A program made the position numbers and the translations under genes. 64,000 bases of DNA from IMG/VR virus record IMGVR_UViG_3300046522_000747. The stretch is one strand, 5' to 3'. The notes beneath the pieces are model-generated. The model had not been told where the DNA came from, did no database searches, and saw nothing but the letters and a program-made list of their open reading frames with translations. Below are positions 1-10,586 of the stretch, piece by piece (within the stretch, counting starts at the first letter, position 1; each line of letters opens with the position of its first letter). This DNA comes from an uncultured virus (IMG/VR IMGVR_UViG_3300046522_000747). Its lineage: Duplodnaviria; Heunggongvirae; Uroviricota; Caudoviricetes.

Positions 1-1104
1 ATGAAGACAGAAGAAATCATTGAAAGATTGAAAGAACCTCATGTGAACTTTGCTCTGGCGCTTAATGGCGGCAAGGTAAGGCCGGATGCAAAAGCACGAT
101 ATGAAGATTCTCTAGCGGTGGCACTACAGGGCCTTGCGAATGATTCGATTCCTAATGCGCGGCTGAATGATATCCAAAAGGTTTTTTGCCGCATGGCCGA
201 AGATTCGTATCAGCGGAATGTGGTCGAGCCACATATCAAGGACAAATGGGATACCTTATCATCAGAGATGGATGCGTTAACGGATGAGATCAGTTTTTCC
301 AATTTGGCATCAATTGGTAAAGGCATGAAAAAATTCTCCGAATTCATGGAGAACAATTCTGATCAAGGTGCATTTCCGGTAACACTGGCGCTTGTGGCAG
401 TTTACTCGGAGCTGAATGTGTTGGTTCAGGCGGTTGACGCCCTCAAGGGAATGGCGCAGAAGCGCGAGATCAAGTCGGAGGCTGAGCGAGAAATCCAGGC
501 AAAAGCGATCCCTCAGATGATCGATCAGAATGCCCAGGAGATGGTGCAGAATGCATTGACTGAAATCACGCAGAGTAGCTATCAGGACATGATCAAAAGC
601 CGTGTTAACTACCTTACCAACGTGGTGACAACTGCTATTGAGAAGTCATCGAATGGCGCCAGATACGAGGATTTCAATAGTTACGAACGCAAGGTTCTTG
701 GTGAGCTGGCTGATCGTGAGTCTTCGAGCATGAATGCCAAGTGGGTATGGGGAGCTACAACGCAGGATCGAATTTCAGCTCTGGGTTTACAGGAGGCCAC
801 TGAAATCAGAGACGACTTCGTTGTTAAAAACCTCAGAAAGCTTGCATCTATAATCGATAAAAAAGGCTGTCTGGCAAGTATTGAGGTTGTCGGAAGGAAT
901 GTTGATCTGAATGGGATGACTGGCACGCTCAAGGCAACGTTTGAGGACGGAAGCTCATTCAAGGCTACCAACCAAGTTGTTTTATCTCATAGTACTTTGG
1001 GTAAGGCCTTTCACAGATTTCCACTAAGCTTCCATGACATTATTAAGCCTGACGGATCAATGAGCGCCAGGAAGTCTGAAGAGTGGATGAATATAGATTT
1101 TTAA
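1..1104 (+). CDS. hypothetical protein (367 aa; may extend upstream of the window)
   Basis: Long ORF followed by an intrinsic terminator at 1111-1134; no motif recognised. Confidence 0.75.
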   Translation: MKTEEIIERLKEPHVNFALALNGGKVRPDAKARYEDSLAVALQGLANDSIPNARLNDIQKVFCRMAEDSYQRNVVEPHIKDKWDTLSSEMDALTDEISFSNLASIGKGMKKFSEFMENNSDQGAFPVTLALVAVYSELNVLVQAVDALKGMAQKREIKSEAEREIQAKAIPQMIDQNAQEMVQNALTEITQSSYQDMIKSRVNYLTNVVTTAIEKSSNGARYEDFNSYERKVLGELADRESSSMNAKWVWGATTQDRISALGLQEATEIRDDFVVKNLRKLASIIDKKGCLASIEVVGRNVDLNGMTGTLKATFEDGSSFKATNQVVLSHSTLGKAFHRFPLSFHDIIKPDGSMSARKSEEWMNIDF

Positions 1105-1110
1105 TTTAAG

Positions 1111-1134
1111 AAAGGCTCTTTAAGAGCCTTTTTT
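1111..1134 (+). terminator. intrinsic terminator
   Basis: AAAGGCTCTT-T-AAGAGCCTTT hairpin followed by a T-run. Confidence 0.8.
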
Positions 1135-1361
1135 AATGCTTAATTTTTTTCTCCAAGAATTTTTGTATCTGCGTCAGACAAAACTTTCTGCATCTGTCCA
1201 ATAGTCAAATTTAAGACTGACCGTTTGAATGCTGTCCTGATGAAGAATTTTCATTTTTAGACCTAGTTCTTACTCAAAGATAATAATATATTATTGTATC
1301 CAAACTTTTCATTCTTGGCAATTTTGCTGTATCGTTACACAATAATTAGAAGGTAATAAAA

Positions 1362-1991
1362 ATGAACAGGTTAACTATAATCGCTGCTGCAATGCTAGGT
1401 GCATCTTCTCTTGCCGGTTGCAATGGAATCCCCCTGCCAGCCGGTTCGGACACGCCCCTCACCGGATTTGCAAAAATTCATTCTGGATTTCCATTGCCTT
1501 ACTTCTATGTGGGCTCTGCGGTTCAATGGAATGAGCACTATGCGGTAACTGTTGCCCACATGCCATGGGTCGCCGGAACTGTTCATGAGTGCAGTTCAGG
1601 TTGTGACATGAAATTTTTCAGGCGTGAAGCTGATGGGCCGGTTCCCAACTGGCGAAAATTTCACGTGGGCGAGCGTGTGACCTCCGTGGGTAACAGTGCA
1701 TTTGGAATTACAGTAGTGTCACAGGGGGTAGCGTTGATTCGCCCCTTCATCAATGAGGATGACGGCGGGTTTTACTCAATGCATGACGGTGCGGTGGCAA
1801 AAGGAATGTCTGGAGGCCCGGTGTACGGAGAAAACGGTGATGTGCTCGGAATCAACACGGGTTTCTATTCAACATTGCTCCATCCCAAGGATGCATTAGA
1901 GTCCGGGAATGTGAAGCGTATGACCGTTTTTGTTGATTACGACACTATTCAACGAGAATGGGATATGTACGTGAAGGAATCCAGGCCGTGA
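1362..1991 (+). CDS. trypsin-like serine protease, lipoprotein
   Basis: Lipobox LAGC; catalytic motifs TVAH, D and GMSGGP. Confidence 0.8.
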   Translation: MNRLTIIAAAMLGASSLAGCNGIPLPAGSDTPLTGFAKIHSGFPLPYFYVGSAVQWNEHYAVTVAHMPWVAGTVHECSSGCDMKFFRREADGPVPNWRKFHVGERVTSVGNSAFGITVVSQGVALIRPFINEDDGGFYSMHDGAVAKGMSGGPVYGENGDVLGINTGFYSTLLHPKDALESGNVKRMTVFVDYDTIQREWDMYVKESRP

Positions 1992-2080
1992 TATTTTTGG
2001 ATTTAGTCTAACAAATATGGGTTCACAATCATTGCACTGATATTATATCGAAAAAATCACAAATTTAAGGTTATTAATTT

Positions 2081-2500
2081 ATGTTGTTTACCAACCAATT
2101 CAGTTCTCCGTGCGTCATGTGGCTTTTGGGTATAAACATTGCTATTCTTTGTTTAATCCTAATGATTAATTTAGCTGAACCTAAGCATGAGGAACAATAC
2201 CAATCTGCTAGTAGTGTTTTGTTCATGACGGTACTTCCACTCTCATTAATAGTTTCATTGGTACTGTTTATCTTTCAAATTTTACTTACGGGTAATGCGC
2301 TTTCCAGTATCAATGAAGCCAAGGAAAAATCTCCAGAGCATAAGATTGTCTTGGAGCGTTATGTTGATTGCGTCCTGGCAGATGGAGAAATTATCATTTC
2401 TCAGTTAAATGAAAAATGCATGGATGAAGAGCTAGATAAGGCGGAAAGATCGAGCGAACTGACAATGAAAATATTTAGGCAGGCTGAATTGTCTTTGTGA
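2081..2500 (+). CDS. hypothetical membrane protein
   Basis: Two hydrophobic segments. Confidence 0.6.
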   Translation: MLFTNQFSSPCVMWLLGINIAILCLILMINLAEPKHEEQYQSASSVLFMTVLPLSLIVSLVLFIFQILLTGNALSSINEAKEKSPEHKIVLERYVDCVLADGEIIISQLNEKCMDEELDKAERSSELTMKIFRQAELSL

Positions 2501-2545
2501 GGATTGAGATAAATCCAATTTTTAGTTGGATTTGTGAGATTTGTG

Positions 2546-2788
2546 TTAGTAATGGTAGTTAAGCCACCAGATGAAAGTTGATACCGTCAAAAGGCATCCA
2601 ATAAAGTTACTTATGGCATTTGATTTTGATAAAAGTTTAATTGCCATAAGTATTGTTCTTAAATTCCAGGTGTTATCATTTATTTTACCGTAGCTCAATT
2701 TATGTATCACCGAAGACACATGCCGCATCAGCATCACTGCATTAAAAATAACAACGAATATTAGGAAAATACATATGGCCAAAAACAT
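2546..2788 (-). CDS. small membrane protein
   Basis: Two hydrophobic segments; AAGGTG SD just after the upstream stop. Confidence 0.55.
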   Translation of the reverse strand: MFLAICIFLIFVVIFNAVMLMRHVSSVIHKLSYGKINDNTWNLRTILMAIKLLSKSNAISNFIGCLLTVSTFIWWLNYHY

Positions 2789-2796
2789 ATAACACC

Positions 2797-3783
2797 TTAT
2801 GAGTTGGGCTTTCTAAGCGTTGATATAACCTCTTCCCACAGATTTTTTAGCTCGGCTTTTGATTGTCGTTCGAGTTCTGTTATTTCTTCTGCGCTAAGAT
2901 GACTCTGGCGTAGTTCCGGGTGAAGAATGTCTTGTTTTCTACTTTCAGTCAGTTTTGCAAACGCCTTTGTATAATTAGGAATTGAATCGATGATTGGTTG
3001 TAGAGAAGGCCCAACTATCGTGATGAGTTCGTTTGAGAATGGACTGGTGAAATTCACACACCTCAGGTTATCTACAATCGCACATTCGTTGTTGTACTGT
3101 CCAATACGTTGCGCATGCTTGACGATATTGGAAACGAATGTCTCTGCTGGTGTAATGCCCTTGCGTAGACAATAAGCTACATCGGCCAAAGATCCATTCT
3201 CGAAAATGCCACCCGCTGTAGCTCCTGCGGTACTATGACCATTAAATGAATCGAAGCGCGAGTAGTTGAGTATTTCAGAACTCTCTTCAGCCGCCGCGCT
3301 GTCTTTATCGTAAAACTCTAAGAACTCAGCAAACAACGTTGGCTTAATATTAATAAGCCCTGAAGTAACTCCATTGATTTTTTTTGTGGCATGTTTCGAT
3401 ACTTCATCAATACTGCACACTTGGAGGCTATCGTTGTAATTGGTAATGTGATTATGGAATTTTTGTATAAGATACATTGGCGCGTCATAATCACAAAACA
3501 GGCTGTCCATTTCGAGTGTTTTTGTGATGTGTTTTCTTCGAGTGTTATAAAAATGACTTACTTGGGAACTAGCCCAGCACCAGCTGGTTTTGCCTTTATT
3601 TTTCTCAATAGCGATATCAAAAATTTCTTTTACGACGAATCTTACGGGGTCTTCATGGATTCTGGCGACATCCTTGAGCAATACGCCAGTGCAGTCCCAC
3701 TGCTGTTTAAGCAAATCGACAACTGCGTCAACCTCTGCCTCGATGTTTACAGGTGTATTTCTCTTGTCGTCGAATATCTTCAT
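2797..3783 (-). CDS. hypothetical protein, paralog of 3788-4765
   Basis: Shared PVxxxxE...QWDC and QxNNECAI motifs. Confidence 0.75.
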   Translation of the reverse strand: MKIFDDKRNTPVNIEAEVDAVVDLLKQQWDCTGVLLKDVARIHEDPVRFVVKEIFDIAIEKNKGKTSWCWASSQVSHFYNTRRKHITKTLEMDSLFCDYDAPMYLIQKFHNHITNYNDSLQVCSIDEVSKHATKKINGVTSGLINIKPTLFAEFLEFYDKDSAAAEESSEILNYSRFDSFNGHSTAGATAGGIFENGSLADVAYCLRKGITPAETFVSNIVKHAQRIGQYNNECAIVDNLRCVNFTSPFSNELITIVGPSLQPIIDSIPNYTKAFAKLTESRKQDILHPELRQSHLSAEEITELERQSKAELKNLWEEVISTLRKPNS

Positions 3784-3787
3784 TGGT

Positions 3788-4765
3788 TTAGCTCGGGTTC
3801 CAGGATGATGGGGTTGACCCAGATTTGTTTATCTCATCGGCTGTGCCATTCTGCATTATGTCTTTGAGCTTACTCTGTTCCTGTAATGCTCTTGACTGAG
3901 CTACAAGGTTCAGGGCATCTTGTTCCGGAATCTTGATCAATGGTGAATGGTACTTGTTCAAAGCCACAAGATTGCTCAGAATTGGTAGTGATGGTTTTAG
4001 CTCATCGTTCGAAAAAATTGCTCTATGATTGATGCTGTCAAATTCTTTCCTGATTGCGCATTCGTTGTTGAACTGGCAAACGGTGAGAAAATGCCGCCCA
4101 ATATTATATATTAACGTATACGCAGGTTTCCTGTTTTCTTCACAATCATCAAAGGCAACATTGAAGATTGAGCTAAAAGCAACAATATTAGGGATTTCCC
4201 CTTCGAATTCAGTATGGCCGGAGAATTTCAATACCTCTTCCTTGACTAGTTTTTCGGACTCGTTATATCCAGAGCCATTTACGTTCGTAAAGATATCTAA
4301 AAATTCAGAATATTTTGGTGGGTACGTTTTTTCGATTCCTACAAAATCATTTGACACTTGGTTTAATATTGAAACTGCAAGTTTTTGCATGTTGCAGGTT
4401 TCCTTATCATATAAGTCTCCGTTATAACTGTCTATTCCAAGTGTCGCGTTCAATATGAAGTTATAAGTGGCATCTTTCTGAATTGCGTAATATTGAACAT
4501 TAAGTTCTCGACTTAAATATTCGCTCCGCTGCCCTTGGTAATCGGGTAAGCACGTCGAGGCATGTAGCGATGTGCCAAATTCATTTGCCGTATTAATTTT
4601 CTCGTAAATATATTTAACCAAACTCTCAACAGGGTTGGTGTTGATCTCTGGATTTCGATGAAAAATATTTGAGCAGTCCCATTGGGACTGCACTAGATTC
4701 GAGACCGCTTTTATTTCTTCGTTTACATCGACCGGCTTTAGTCGAGAGGGATCATAGGTTTTCAA
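3788..4765 (-). CDS. hypothetical protein, paralog of 2797-3783
   Basis: Shared motifs; operon-like spacing. Confidence 0.75.
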   Translation of the reverse strand: MKTYDPSRLKPVDVNEEIKAVSNLVQSQWDCSNIFHRNPEINTNPVESLVKYIYEKINTANEFGTSLHASTCLPDYQGQRSEYLSRELNVQYYAIQKDATYNFILNATLGIDSYNGDLYDKETCNMQKLAVSILNQVSNDFVGIEKTYPPKYSEFLDIFTNVNGSGYNESEKLVKEEVLKFSGHTEFEGEIPNIVAFSSIFNVAFDDCEENRKPAYTLIYNIGRHFLTVCQFNNECAIRKEFDSINHRAIFSNDELKPSLPILSNLVALNKYHSPLIKIPEQDALNLVAQSRALQEQSKLKDIMQNGTADEINKSGSTPSSWNPS

Positions 4766-4778
4766 TGGATTATCTCTA

Positions 4779-5432
4779 TTAGGCGAATGAGAGAGCTGGT
4801 GACTCTGATGCTCTTTTCAATGGAGCGCCGTTAGCCTTTATTAGCTTTTTCTCAATCGACTCGGCAAATCCATGCTCCGCAATATGCGCTTTAACAGCTT
4901 TGATTTCGGCCACTTCCAGGTCATACATGTTTACAGTTTTTAGGCCGCTGCGAATATCTGTTATCAATTCACCAATATTGGTAATGTGCGTGCCGATGAT
5001 CTTTTTTCCGTTCTCTTGCTCAATGTGAACAGGTTTGGCCAATTTGGCGATACCCAATATGGAGTGGCCGGAATGTGTAGCTATGGAAAAGTTGGATTCG
5101 TCCACAGCAAACTTTAGGAATCCAGACTTCGTGAGGTTTGCTTCGGCACCCGTCACTATTTTTTTGATTAGCAGGTCTTTGTGTCGGAATTGTTCGACTT
5201 CATCCGGAGAGATCTCCTTGATTTTACGTTCGTTAATCCATCCCTGATCAACATCAAAAGGAGACACAGAATCCGATCTCCAGTAACTGGTTAGAGGATT
5301 GCAGACTCCTTGAACAATGTGCTGATCGCTGTTCGGCAGCATGGCGTATATGCTCATGCAGGCCTTTTGAGGATCGCGATCAACATTGGATACGGCTATA
5401 AAAAACGTGCCTTTCTTCGGCATTTCACTCAT
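4779..5432 (-). CDS. hypothetical protein
   Basis: Strong SD AAGGAGA upstream of ATG. Confidence 0.75.
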   Translation of the reverse strand: MSEMPKKGTFFIAVSNVDRDPQKACMSIYAMLPNSDQHIVQGVCNPLTSYWRSDSVSPFDVDQGWINERKIKEISPDEVEQFRHKDLLIKKIVTGAEANLTKSGFLKFAVDESNFSIATHSGHSILGIAKLAKPVHIEQENGKKIIGTHITNIGELITDIRSGLKTVNMYDLEVAEIKAVKAHIAEHGFAESIEKKLIKANGAPLKRASESPALSFA

Positions 5433-5497
5433 GGTATATCTCCTTTTTTATTATTATATCACAGGGGTGTTTTTGCTCAGTTGAATGCTGGGCTCGT

Positions 5498-6442
5498 TTA
5501 ACCGGCTTTTTGGAAGCAAAGCAGTCCTTTTTTACGGGTAATGATGGCGCCTGGGAATTTGAAGACAGGATGACGGTTGTCACCGGCCAAGGCGACCTCG
5601 TTGTAAATCTGGTCAATACGATCTTCCCGAGGTGGATTGACCCCATTGCCTTTGATCCATAGGCGAATGGCCAATTTACGTTCGTCTGCGGTAAATTCCG
5701 CCATGTTTTTAATAATCAGGTTGCCAGCGTCATCAGAAATCTTGTCCAGCACTTGTTTTGTGTGCAACTCAACGATTCGGTTCTCGCTCTGAAGGATCTT
5801 GCAGGTGCGCGCTGTTGCGGTCAGCAGGCCTCCCCAGCGACCTTTGAGGGCTGGAATGATCTCGTTGCGTAGAAAGTTTCGGTCATAGGCACTGTCGTTA
5901 TTGCTGTCATCCTCAACCCAGTTCAGCTGATTGTCGCGGGCGTATGCGAGCACATCTTCTTTGCTCATATTCAGCAGAGGGCGCACATATCGCTTACTGT
6001 TGTGGGCTTCAACGATGGGCAAGATACCGCCAAGGCGAAGGGCACCAGCGCCTCTCTTTAGGCTTAGCAGAACTGTTTCCAGCTGATCATCGAGGTGATG
6101 GGCCAGCAAAATTTGTGACTTGGGTGGGCTCAGCTCATCAATAGCGCTGTATCGAGCTTTGCGTGCAACATCCTCAAGGCTTTCGCGAGGTTTGCGGTCG
6201 AGGGTCACATGTGCCACTTGCAGCCTGATATTGCGCTCGCTGCAAAACGACTCCACGAACGCAGTCCATTCTGCTGCATGCTCTGAAAGGCCGTGATTGA
6301 CGTGTACGGCGTAGATAGGCTGTTCATGCTGTGAGCCCCAGCGAGAGGCTAGCTCGGCGAGGACAATGGAGTCCACGCCGCCACTCAGGGCTACGCAGAC
6401 CGGCAGATCCTTATTGAGCATTTCGTTGAGAATGTTAAGCAT
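5498..6442 (-). CDS. tilS: tRNA(Ile)-lysidine synthetase (short form)
   Basis: PP-loop SGGVDS, HVNHGL, AHHLDDQLET, RPLL, EDDSN...RNFLR. Confidence 0.93.
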   Translation of the reverse strand: MLNILNEMLNKDLPVCVALSGGVDSIVLAELASRWGSQHEQPIYAVHVNHGLSEHAAEWTAFVESFCSERNIRLQVAHVTLDRKPRESLEDVARKARYSAIDELSPPKSQILLAHHLDDQLETVLLSLKRGAGALRLGGILPIVEAHNSKRYVRPLLNMSKEDVLAYARDNQLNWVEDDSNNDSAYDRNFLRNEIIPALKGRWGGLLTATARTCKILQSENRIVELHTKQVLDKISDDAGNLIIKNMAEFTADERKLAIRLWIKGNGVNPPREDRIDQIYNEVALAGDNRHPVFKFPGAIITRKKGLLCFQKAG

Positions 6443-6669
6443 GATTCTTCCCGAGATTTTACTGGGTGGCTGTTTTTTGATATCGCGAGAATCTATTGGT
6501 CATCCCAGTATCTCATGATGACTTAAGCTCCTGGCACAGGATTTTTGTAGCTTGGAGTTTGGGCGATGAATCTCGGTGATCTTGGTCAGCGCGATGGTCA
6601 TGATAGTGCCCTTTCTGAGTCGCTATCATGATCATTGCACGCTCTTTTGTCAATAGCACTTACATGCGA

Positions 6670-7302
6670 TTATTGGTCTGATGGTTGGTTTTTTGGTTCT
6701 ACAACGGGGTCTGCTTCTCTTGTTGTTTTGATCTGAGCAAGATATTTCAAGTCATCCCAAAAGGACAGAATGATGTTGGCGGAATGCGCCCAAGGGGAAG
6801 ACTTGCTGTTTGATTGGTGCATTGTAACGCCGTGCGCGCCGGAAACACTGGATTTCGAGTCGAGATGAAACGGGCCGAAATAGTGTTTAAATGTTGGGCC
6901 AACCGATGTTTCGCATTGATGCGTATACCATTCTTTTACAGGAAACTCGCAACCCTCTTTCGAGCTGGAAACAAAGTTTTTAACCGACAACGGGGCAATA
7001 TTATCGTACAGCATGGCGTATGCAATATCGTCTATTGATGCGCTAAAGCCAAGGGTTACTACGTAGTAATCATGGCTGCATTCAGAACAGTGGCCAATCA
7101 TTAGTTCATAATCTGATGCGACACCGGTTTTCTGGATTTCGGTCAGTTTATCCCAGACCCCACCTACGGTATCGCCGTCTGTGAGCCAATAACCGCCTCC
7201 AGGTACTTCCTCTTGATCTGGGTAAACTGTGAAAACAGGCTTGTTGCAGTTTGGGCAATTTAAATGATGATGGTCGGTCACTCTAGTTGAATGGATTTTC
7301 AT
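6670..7302 (-). CDS. Zn-ribbon hypothetical protein
   Basis: CPNC and CSEC motifs; start reassigned to the ATG after an AAGGA SD. Confidence 0.65.
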   Translation of the reverse strand: MKIHSTRVTDHHHLNCPNCNKPVFTVYPDQEEVPGGGYWLTDGDTVGGVWDKLTEIQKTGVASDYELMIGHCSECSHDYYVVTLGFSASIDDIAYAMLYDNIAPLSVKNFVSSSKEGCEFPVKEWYTHQCETSVGPTFKHYFGPFHLDSKSSVSGAHGVTMHQSNSKSSPWAHSANIILSFWDDLKYLAQIKTTREADPVVEPKNQPSDQ

Positions 7303-7334
7303 ATAATTCCTTGTGATTGATGGCTTTTGAATAG

Positions 7335-7535
7335 TTATCTGAATATGGATGCTTTTTTTGCAGGTTTTTTCTGCGCTGCACATTTTCTCAAGGCGGTTCG
7401 ATTGGGTGTCGCTTCGTTATTAGCGTACTGGACAGTGGTTCTAAATGATGAGTTGGTGACGTTGTAGATTGTGAAAACCGCAAATCCCATAACGCTCGCT
7501 ATGGCTGTAATGCTGACGATGAGCGCGAACATCAA
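7335..7535 (-). CDS. small membrane protein
   Basis: N-terminal TM segment, basic tail ending SIFR; coupled to the upstream ORF. Confidence 0.5.
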   Translation of the reverse strand: MMFALIVSITAIASVMGFAVFTIYNVTNSSFRTTVQYANNEATPNRTALRKCAAQKKPAKKASIFR

Positions 7536-7729
7536 ATTACGCTCCTGGCTGGTTTCGTGGTGTGCTTTCTAAAAATCACCAGTTTTTCATTCATTTCAAT
7601 TGGAGTGGAATGATCGTCGTTTTGGGATAGACGACGCATCCACTTGGTCATTTCGACAATGACAAATAGGCTGAATGGTAATGCTAAAAGTGCTGCAATT
7701 AATTTGGCGGCGAGGGTTAGTGGTATCAT
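7532..7729 (-). CDS. small membrane protein
   Basis: TM segment; AAGAG SD. Confidence 0.5.
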   Translation of the reverse strand: MIPLTLAAKLIAALLALPFSLFVIVEMTKWMRRLSQNDDHSTPIEMNEKLVIFRKHTTKPARSVI

Positions 7730-7765
7730 CGTTAATCTCTTATTGATTGCGTTTGGTATTTTTTA

Positions 7766-8017
7766 TTAGCGGAAAATGGTCGGTTTCTTTCTATTTTTCC
7801 GTGGTTGAGAGGCGGATTCTTTTTTAACCGCCGCGATCTGGCCACCGTAGACAAGCGTGGCTGCACAAAGCCCTGCCGATAGCAGAATGGCCATGGAGGC
7901 AAACGCCAGTCTAAACAGGTCTGAGGCTATAAATGCGTTTGATGCAAACATTTTAATATTCCAGGTAAGTGATTGATTGGTTGGCTCTGTTGGAATTTCA
8001 CACAGGGACAATTTCAA
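7766..8017 (-). CDS. small membrane protein (start uncertain)
   Basis: TM segment, basic tail ending TIFR. Confidence 0.45.
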   Translation of the reverse strand: MKLSLCEIPTEPTNQSLTWNIKMFASNAFIASDLFRLAFASMAILLSAGLCAATLVYGGQIAAVKKESASQPRKNRKKPTIFR

Positions 8018-8108
8018 ACAAATAAACAGTCAAAACCATTGACAATTGGTGTATTAGATATAATAATACAGAAAACCGAAAGAAAGGTCTACCGCAGGCT
8101 TTCTAGCA

Positions 8109-8564
8109 ATGAGTTTACAAATGTCAGAAGATCATCATTCTCATCAGCCTCATTTCGAAAGCTTTCAATTCGAGTCTGGTGCCCGCGTTGAGGTTGTTTC
8201 CAGGGAGGTATCTCCGGCATCACCGTTGGGTGTTTTTGAGGCTGCTGCACTCGGTTGGCAATTTTTCGTGTATAGCCGAAGTGTTGATGAGTTGGGTCGG
8301 CATGTGTACGGACTTAGACACGATTGTGGAATGATATGCCGGTGTGAGCATCCGCTCCCTTCCCGTCCGGAAAAGGAGGCTGATAAATACGCTAGCCTTC
8401 GCTTGTGGGAGCTTCTGGAGGCTGTTTACTCGGGCTTCCCTGCTGACTCCCTGAAACTAATTAACAACGACTGTATCGAGCGTAATCTTTATGCCAAAAG
8501 CGTACTCAAAATTCACAATGGCCCCACTCTTCAGTCGCTACCGTGGCGTAATAATCGAAAATGA
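8109..8564 (+). CDS. hypothetical protein
   Basis: ORF downstream of a TTGACA...TAATAA promoter-like sequence. Confidence 0.55.
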   Translation: MSLQMSEDHHSHQPHFESFQFESGARVEVVSREVSPASPLGVFEAAALGWQFFVYSRSVDELGRHVYGLRHDCGMICRCEHPLPSRPEKEADKYASLRLWELLEAVYSGFPADSLKLINNDCIERNLYAKSVLKIHNGPTLQSLPWRNNRK

Positions 8565-9081
8565 GTCAGCGTTTGCCGTTCTGCCTGAGCGCTTGCAAGC
8601 GTTGGCCTTGGTAAGACTCTGTGATGAGGCTGTAGCGGGTTTTGAGCAGTACCCGACCGACAAGATGTGTCGCTGGTTTGGCTTTGTTGCAGGGGTTCTT
8701 GTGGCTTGTGGGCGCATTGATGGATTGGATTCAGGAATAACGTCTGAGCCTGATCCTGATGGCGTGCCAGACCACTCGAAAGCGGTCATGGTCACTCTTT
8801 TTGATCGCTATCGCTCAAAAATCCTTGAAAAAGAGGCCATGCTTGCGCCTTTTGGTGAAGGCCTTCAGTCGGCAAGGTTGATTTCACTTTGTGATGAAGT
8901 AATGAAAGGCTTCGACAAGAGGGGCTTTAACGAAACCAATGTGATGCTTGGTTTTGTGCAGGGGGTTTTGGCGACCGCCCGAATGATTGATGTTGATGAA
9001 GAACGAGATTTTTCCAGGCCGCTTTTGCACTCATTGCACAAGGGTCATGTGCCTAGCTTTGCTACCGATGAAAAACATTAA
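8491..9081 (+). CDS. hypothetical protein with internal duplication
   Basis: Repeated LFxRYR...LCDE...GFVxGVL...ID unit. Confidence 0.7.
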   Translation: MPKAYSKFTMAPLFSRYRGVIIENESAFAVLPERLQALALVRLCDEAVAGFEQYPTDKMCRWFGFVAGVLVACGRIDGLDSGITSEPDPDGVPDHSKAVMVTLFDRYRSKILEKEAMLAPFGEGLQSARLISLCDEVMKGFDKRGFNETNVMLGFVQGVLATARMIDVDEERDFSRPLLHSLHKGHVPSFATDEKH

Positions 9082-9105
9082 ACATAACCAATATGAGGAA
9101 ACACC

Positions 9106-9252
9106 ATGAGCCAATTAATCGAACACAAACGCAAAATTTCCTTCGGCAAGCTGACTGAATCCAACACCTGCCTCCAGGCCCTGGTGGATAATTTCCAGCC
9201 GAAGTTAAGCAAGCAAAAAGCGGCCAAGCTTTTTGGTGCCAAGTCAGCTTAA
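9106..9252 (+). CDS. small basic protein (48 aa), absent from the ORF track
   Basis: GAGGA SD, then ATG at 9106; MSQLIEHKRK...FGAKSA*. Confidence 0.6.
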   Translation: MSQLIEHKRKISFGKLTESNTCLQALVDNFQPKLSKQKAAKLFGAKSA

Positions 9253-9297
9253 ACTAATCGCCCTGTCAACTGTGCAGGGCGTTGCTGGGAGTCAAGA

Positions 9298-9609
9298 ATG
9301 TCAGAATATGCACAGTTCACCTTGGGTGAACCGATCCCCCTGGGTAGATGGAAGCAGACGAAATTCGGTGCTCGATTGACCAAAAATCTTCCGATCACCT
9401 ACGACTCGATCAAAAGCGCTGAGACAGTGAATTTGCTCGAAGAGCTGCGTCCAGGTGAGTTCTATGTTTCAAGGCCCACAGGCTCGTTTGGTCCTTTGTG
9501 GTTGCGGATTTATCACGCTTGGTTGGTTCTCACCTCTCGGGCAATGGCTGTCCAGTTCACCGAGGATCATTTCAGGATGGCAAACATCGAGATGGTAAAA
9601 CATGACTGA
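9298..9609 (+). CDS. hypothetical protein
   Basis: GGGAG SD; overlaps the next gene. Confidence 0.6.
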   Translation: MSEYAQFTLGEPIPLGRWKQTKFGARLTKNLPITYDSIKSAETVNLLEELRPGEFYVSRPTGSFGPLWLRIYHAWLVLTSRAMAVQFTEDHFRMANIEMVKHD

Positions 9610-9892
9610 TTTGATTATTCCGCTCAAAGGGATTTACTTCGACCAAATTCGCGATGGTTCGAAAACGCATGAGTACCGGCTAGTCAATGACTACTGGAAA
9701 AAGCGTTTGGTTGGAAAGGATTTCGACCGAATTGTGCTGACAAAGGGTTATCCAAAGGCTAACGATCATGAGCGGCGTTTGATCGTGAAGTGGAACGGTT
9801 ATACCATTTGCACCATTGAGCATGAGCACTTTGGTGGTTCGCCAGTTGAGGTGTTCGCGATAGATGTCACCGAGAAAATACATGCGCTGTGA
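9602..9892 (+). CDS. ASCH-domain protein
   Basis: YFDQIRDGSKTHEYR matches the ASCH GxKxxExR signature. Confidence 0.8.
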   Translation: MTDLIIPLKGIYFDQIRDGSKTHEYRLVNDYWKKRLVGKDFDRIVLTKGYPKANDHERRLIVKWNGYTICTIEHEHFGGSPVEVFAIDVTEKIHAL

Positions 9893-10541
9893 GCTAGATG
9901 CTGAACGAGTAAAGTGGAGTAATCACTACACAGGCCCTGATGGATTCATCAGGGCCTGGACGTTTGTGCCCAACGAAATTGTCGATAGGGTTCTGAGCGG
10001 TGAAATTACCGAGTGCCCTATCGAGATGTCGGAGGAGGAGCCTCTGTTCAGGACGGCGTATGCCTGGATGATGGATCGGATGGATGAGTCAGGGATCATC
10101 GGGCGCAAATCTGGGTTCAGTCCATGGTGGTGCTGGCTGAAAGCATCCGGGGACAGCGCCAAGCCAACCACGCAACATTCCGACGAGGGATCTACGTTGT
10201 TGGAGTTGCGTTTGAAGCCTGATCAGGTGCTGTTTTCCGACTTCAGCATGTGGCATGTCGTTCTCAATTATTGGCTCAACGTTGAAGATGAGATCGGTGA
10301 TGCTTTTGATGAGGCTTTGGCGCGGGATGGCCTAAGCATCTATACCACCAAGCCGCTTCCAGAGCCTTACCACTCACAGGTTCAGGACAGTTGGCGAGAC
10401 ATTTTTCGACTGGACTTTGTAAATGGTTTTACCCACGAGTTTGCAGTCAAAAGCATTCAGGGTGTGTACTGGAAGCTAACCCCCGAGATGATTGTCGGTG
10501 TGGTTGAGCCTGATGTTTGTCCAGAAGAGATCGACGACTAG
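9864..10541 (+). CDS. DUF3841-like protein
   Basis: AYxWM, PWWCW, VLFSDFSMWHVVLN, IQGVYW motifs. Confidence 0.65.
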   Translation: MSPRKYMRCELDAERVKWSNHYTGPDGFIRAWTFVPNEIVDRVLSGEITECPIEMSEEEPLFRTAYAWMMDRMDESGIIGRKSGFSPWWCWLKASGDSAKPTTQHSDEGSTLLELRLKPDQVLFSDFSMWHVVLNYWLNVEDEIGDAFDEALARDGLSIYTTKPLPEPYHSQVQDSWRDIFRLDFVNGFTHEFAVKSIQGVYWKLTPEMIVGVVEPDVCPEEIDD

Positions 10542-10557
10542 CCTGAGTTTCAGGCAC

Positions 10558-10586
10558 AAAAAACCCGATCCAAGATCGGGTTTTTT
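10558..10586. terminator. bidirectional intrinsic terminator
   Basis: AAAAAACCCGATC-CAA-GATCGGGTTTTTT between convergent genes. Confidence 0.85.
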
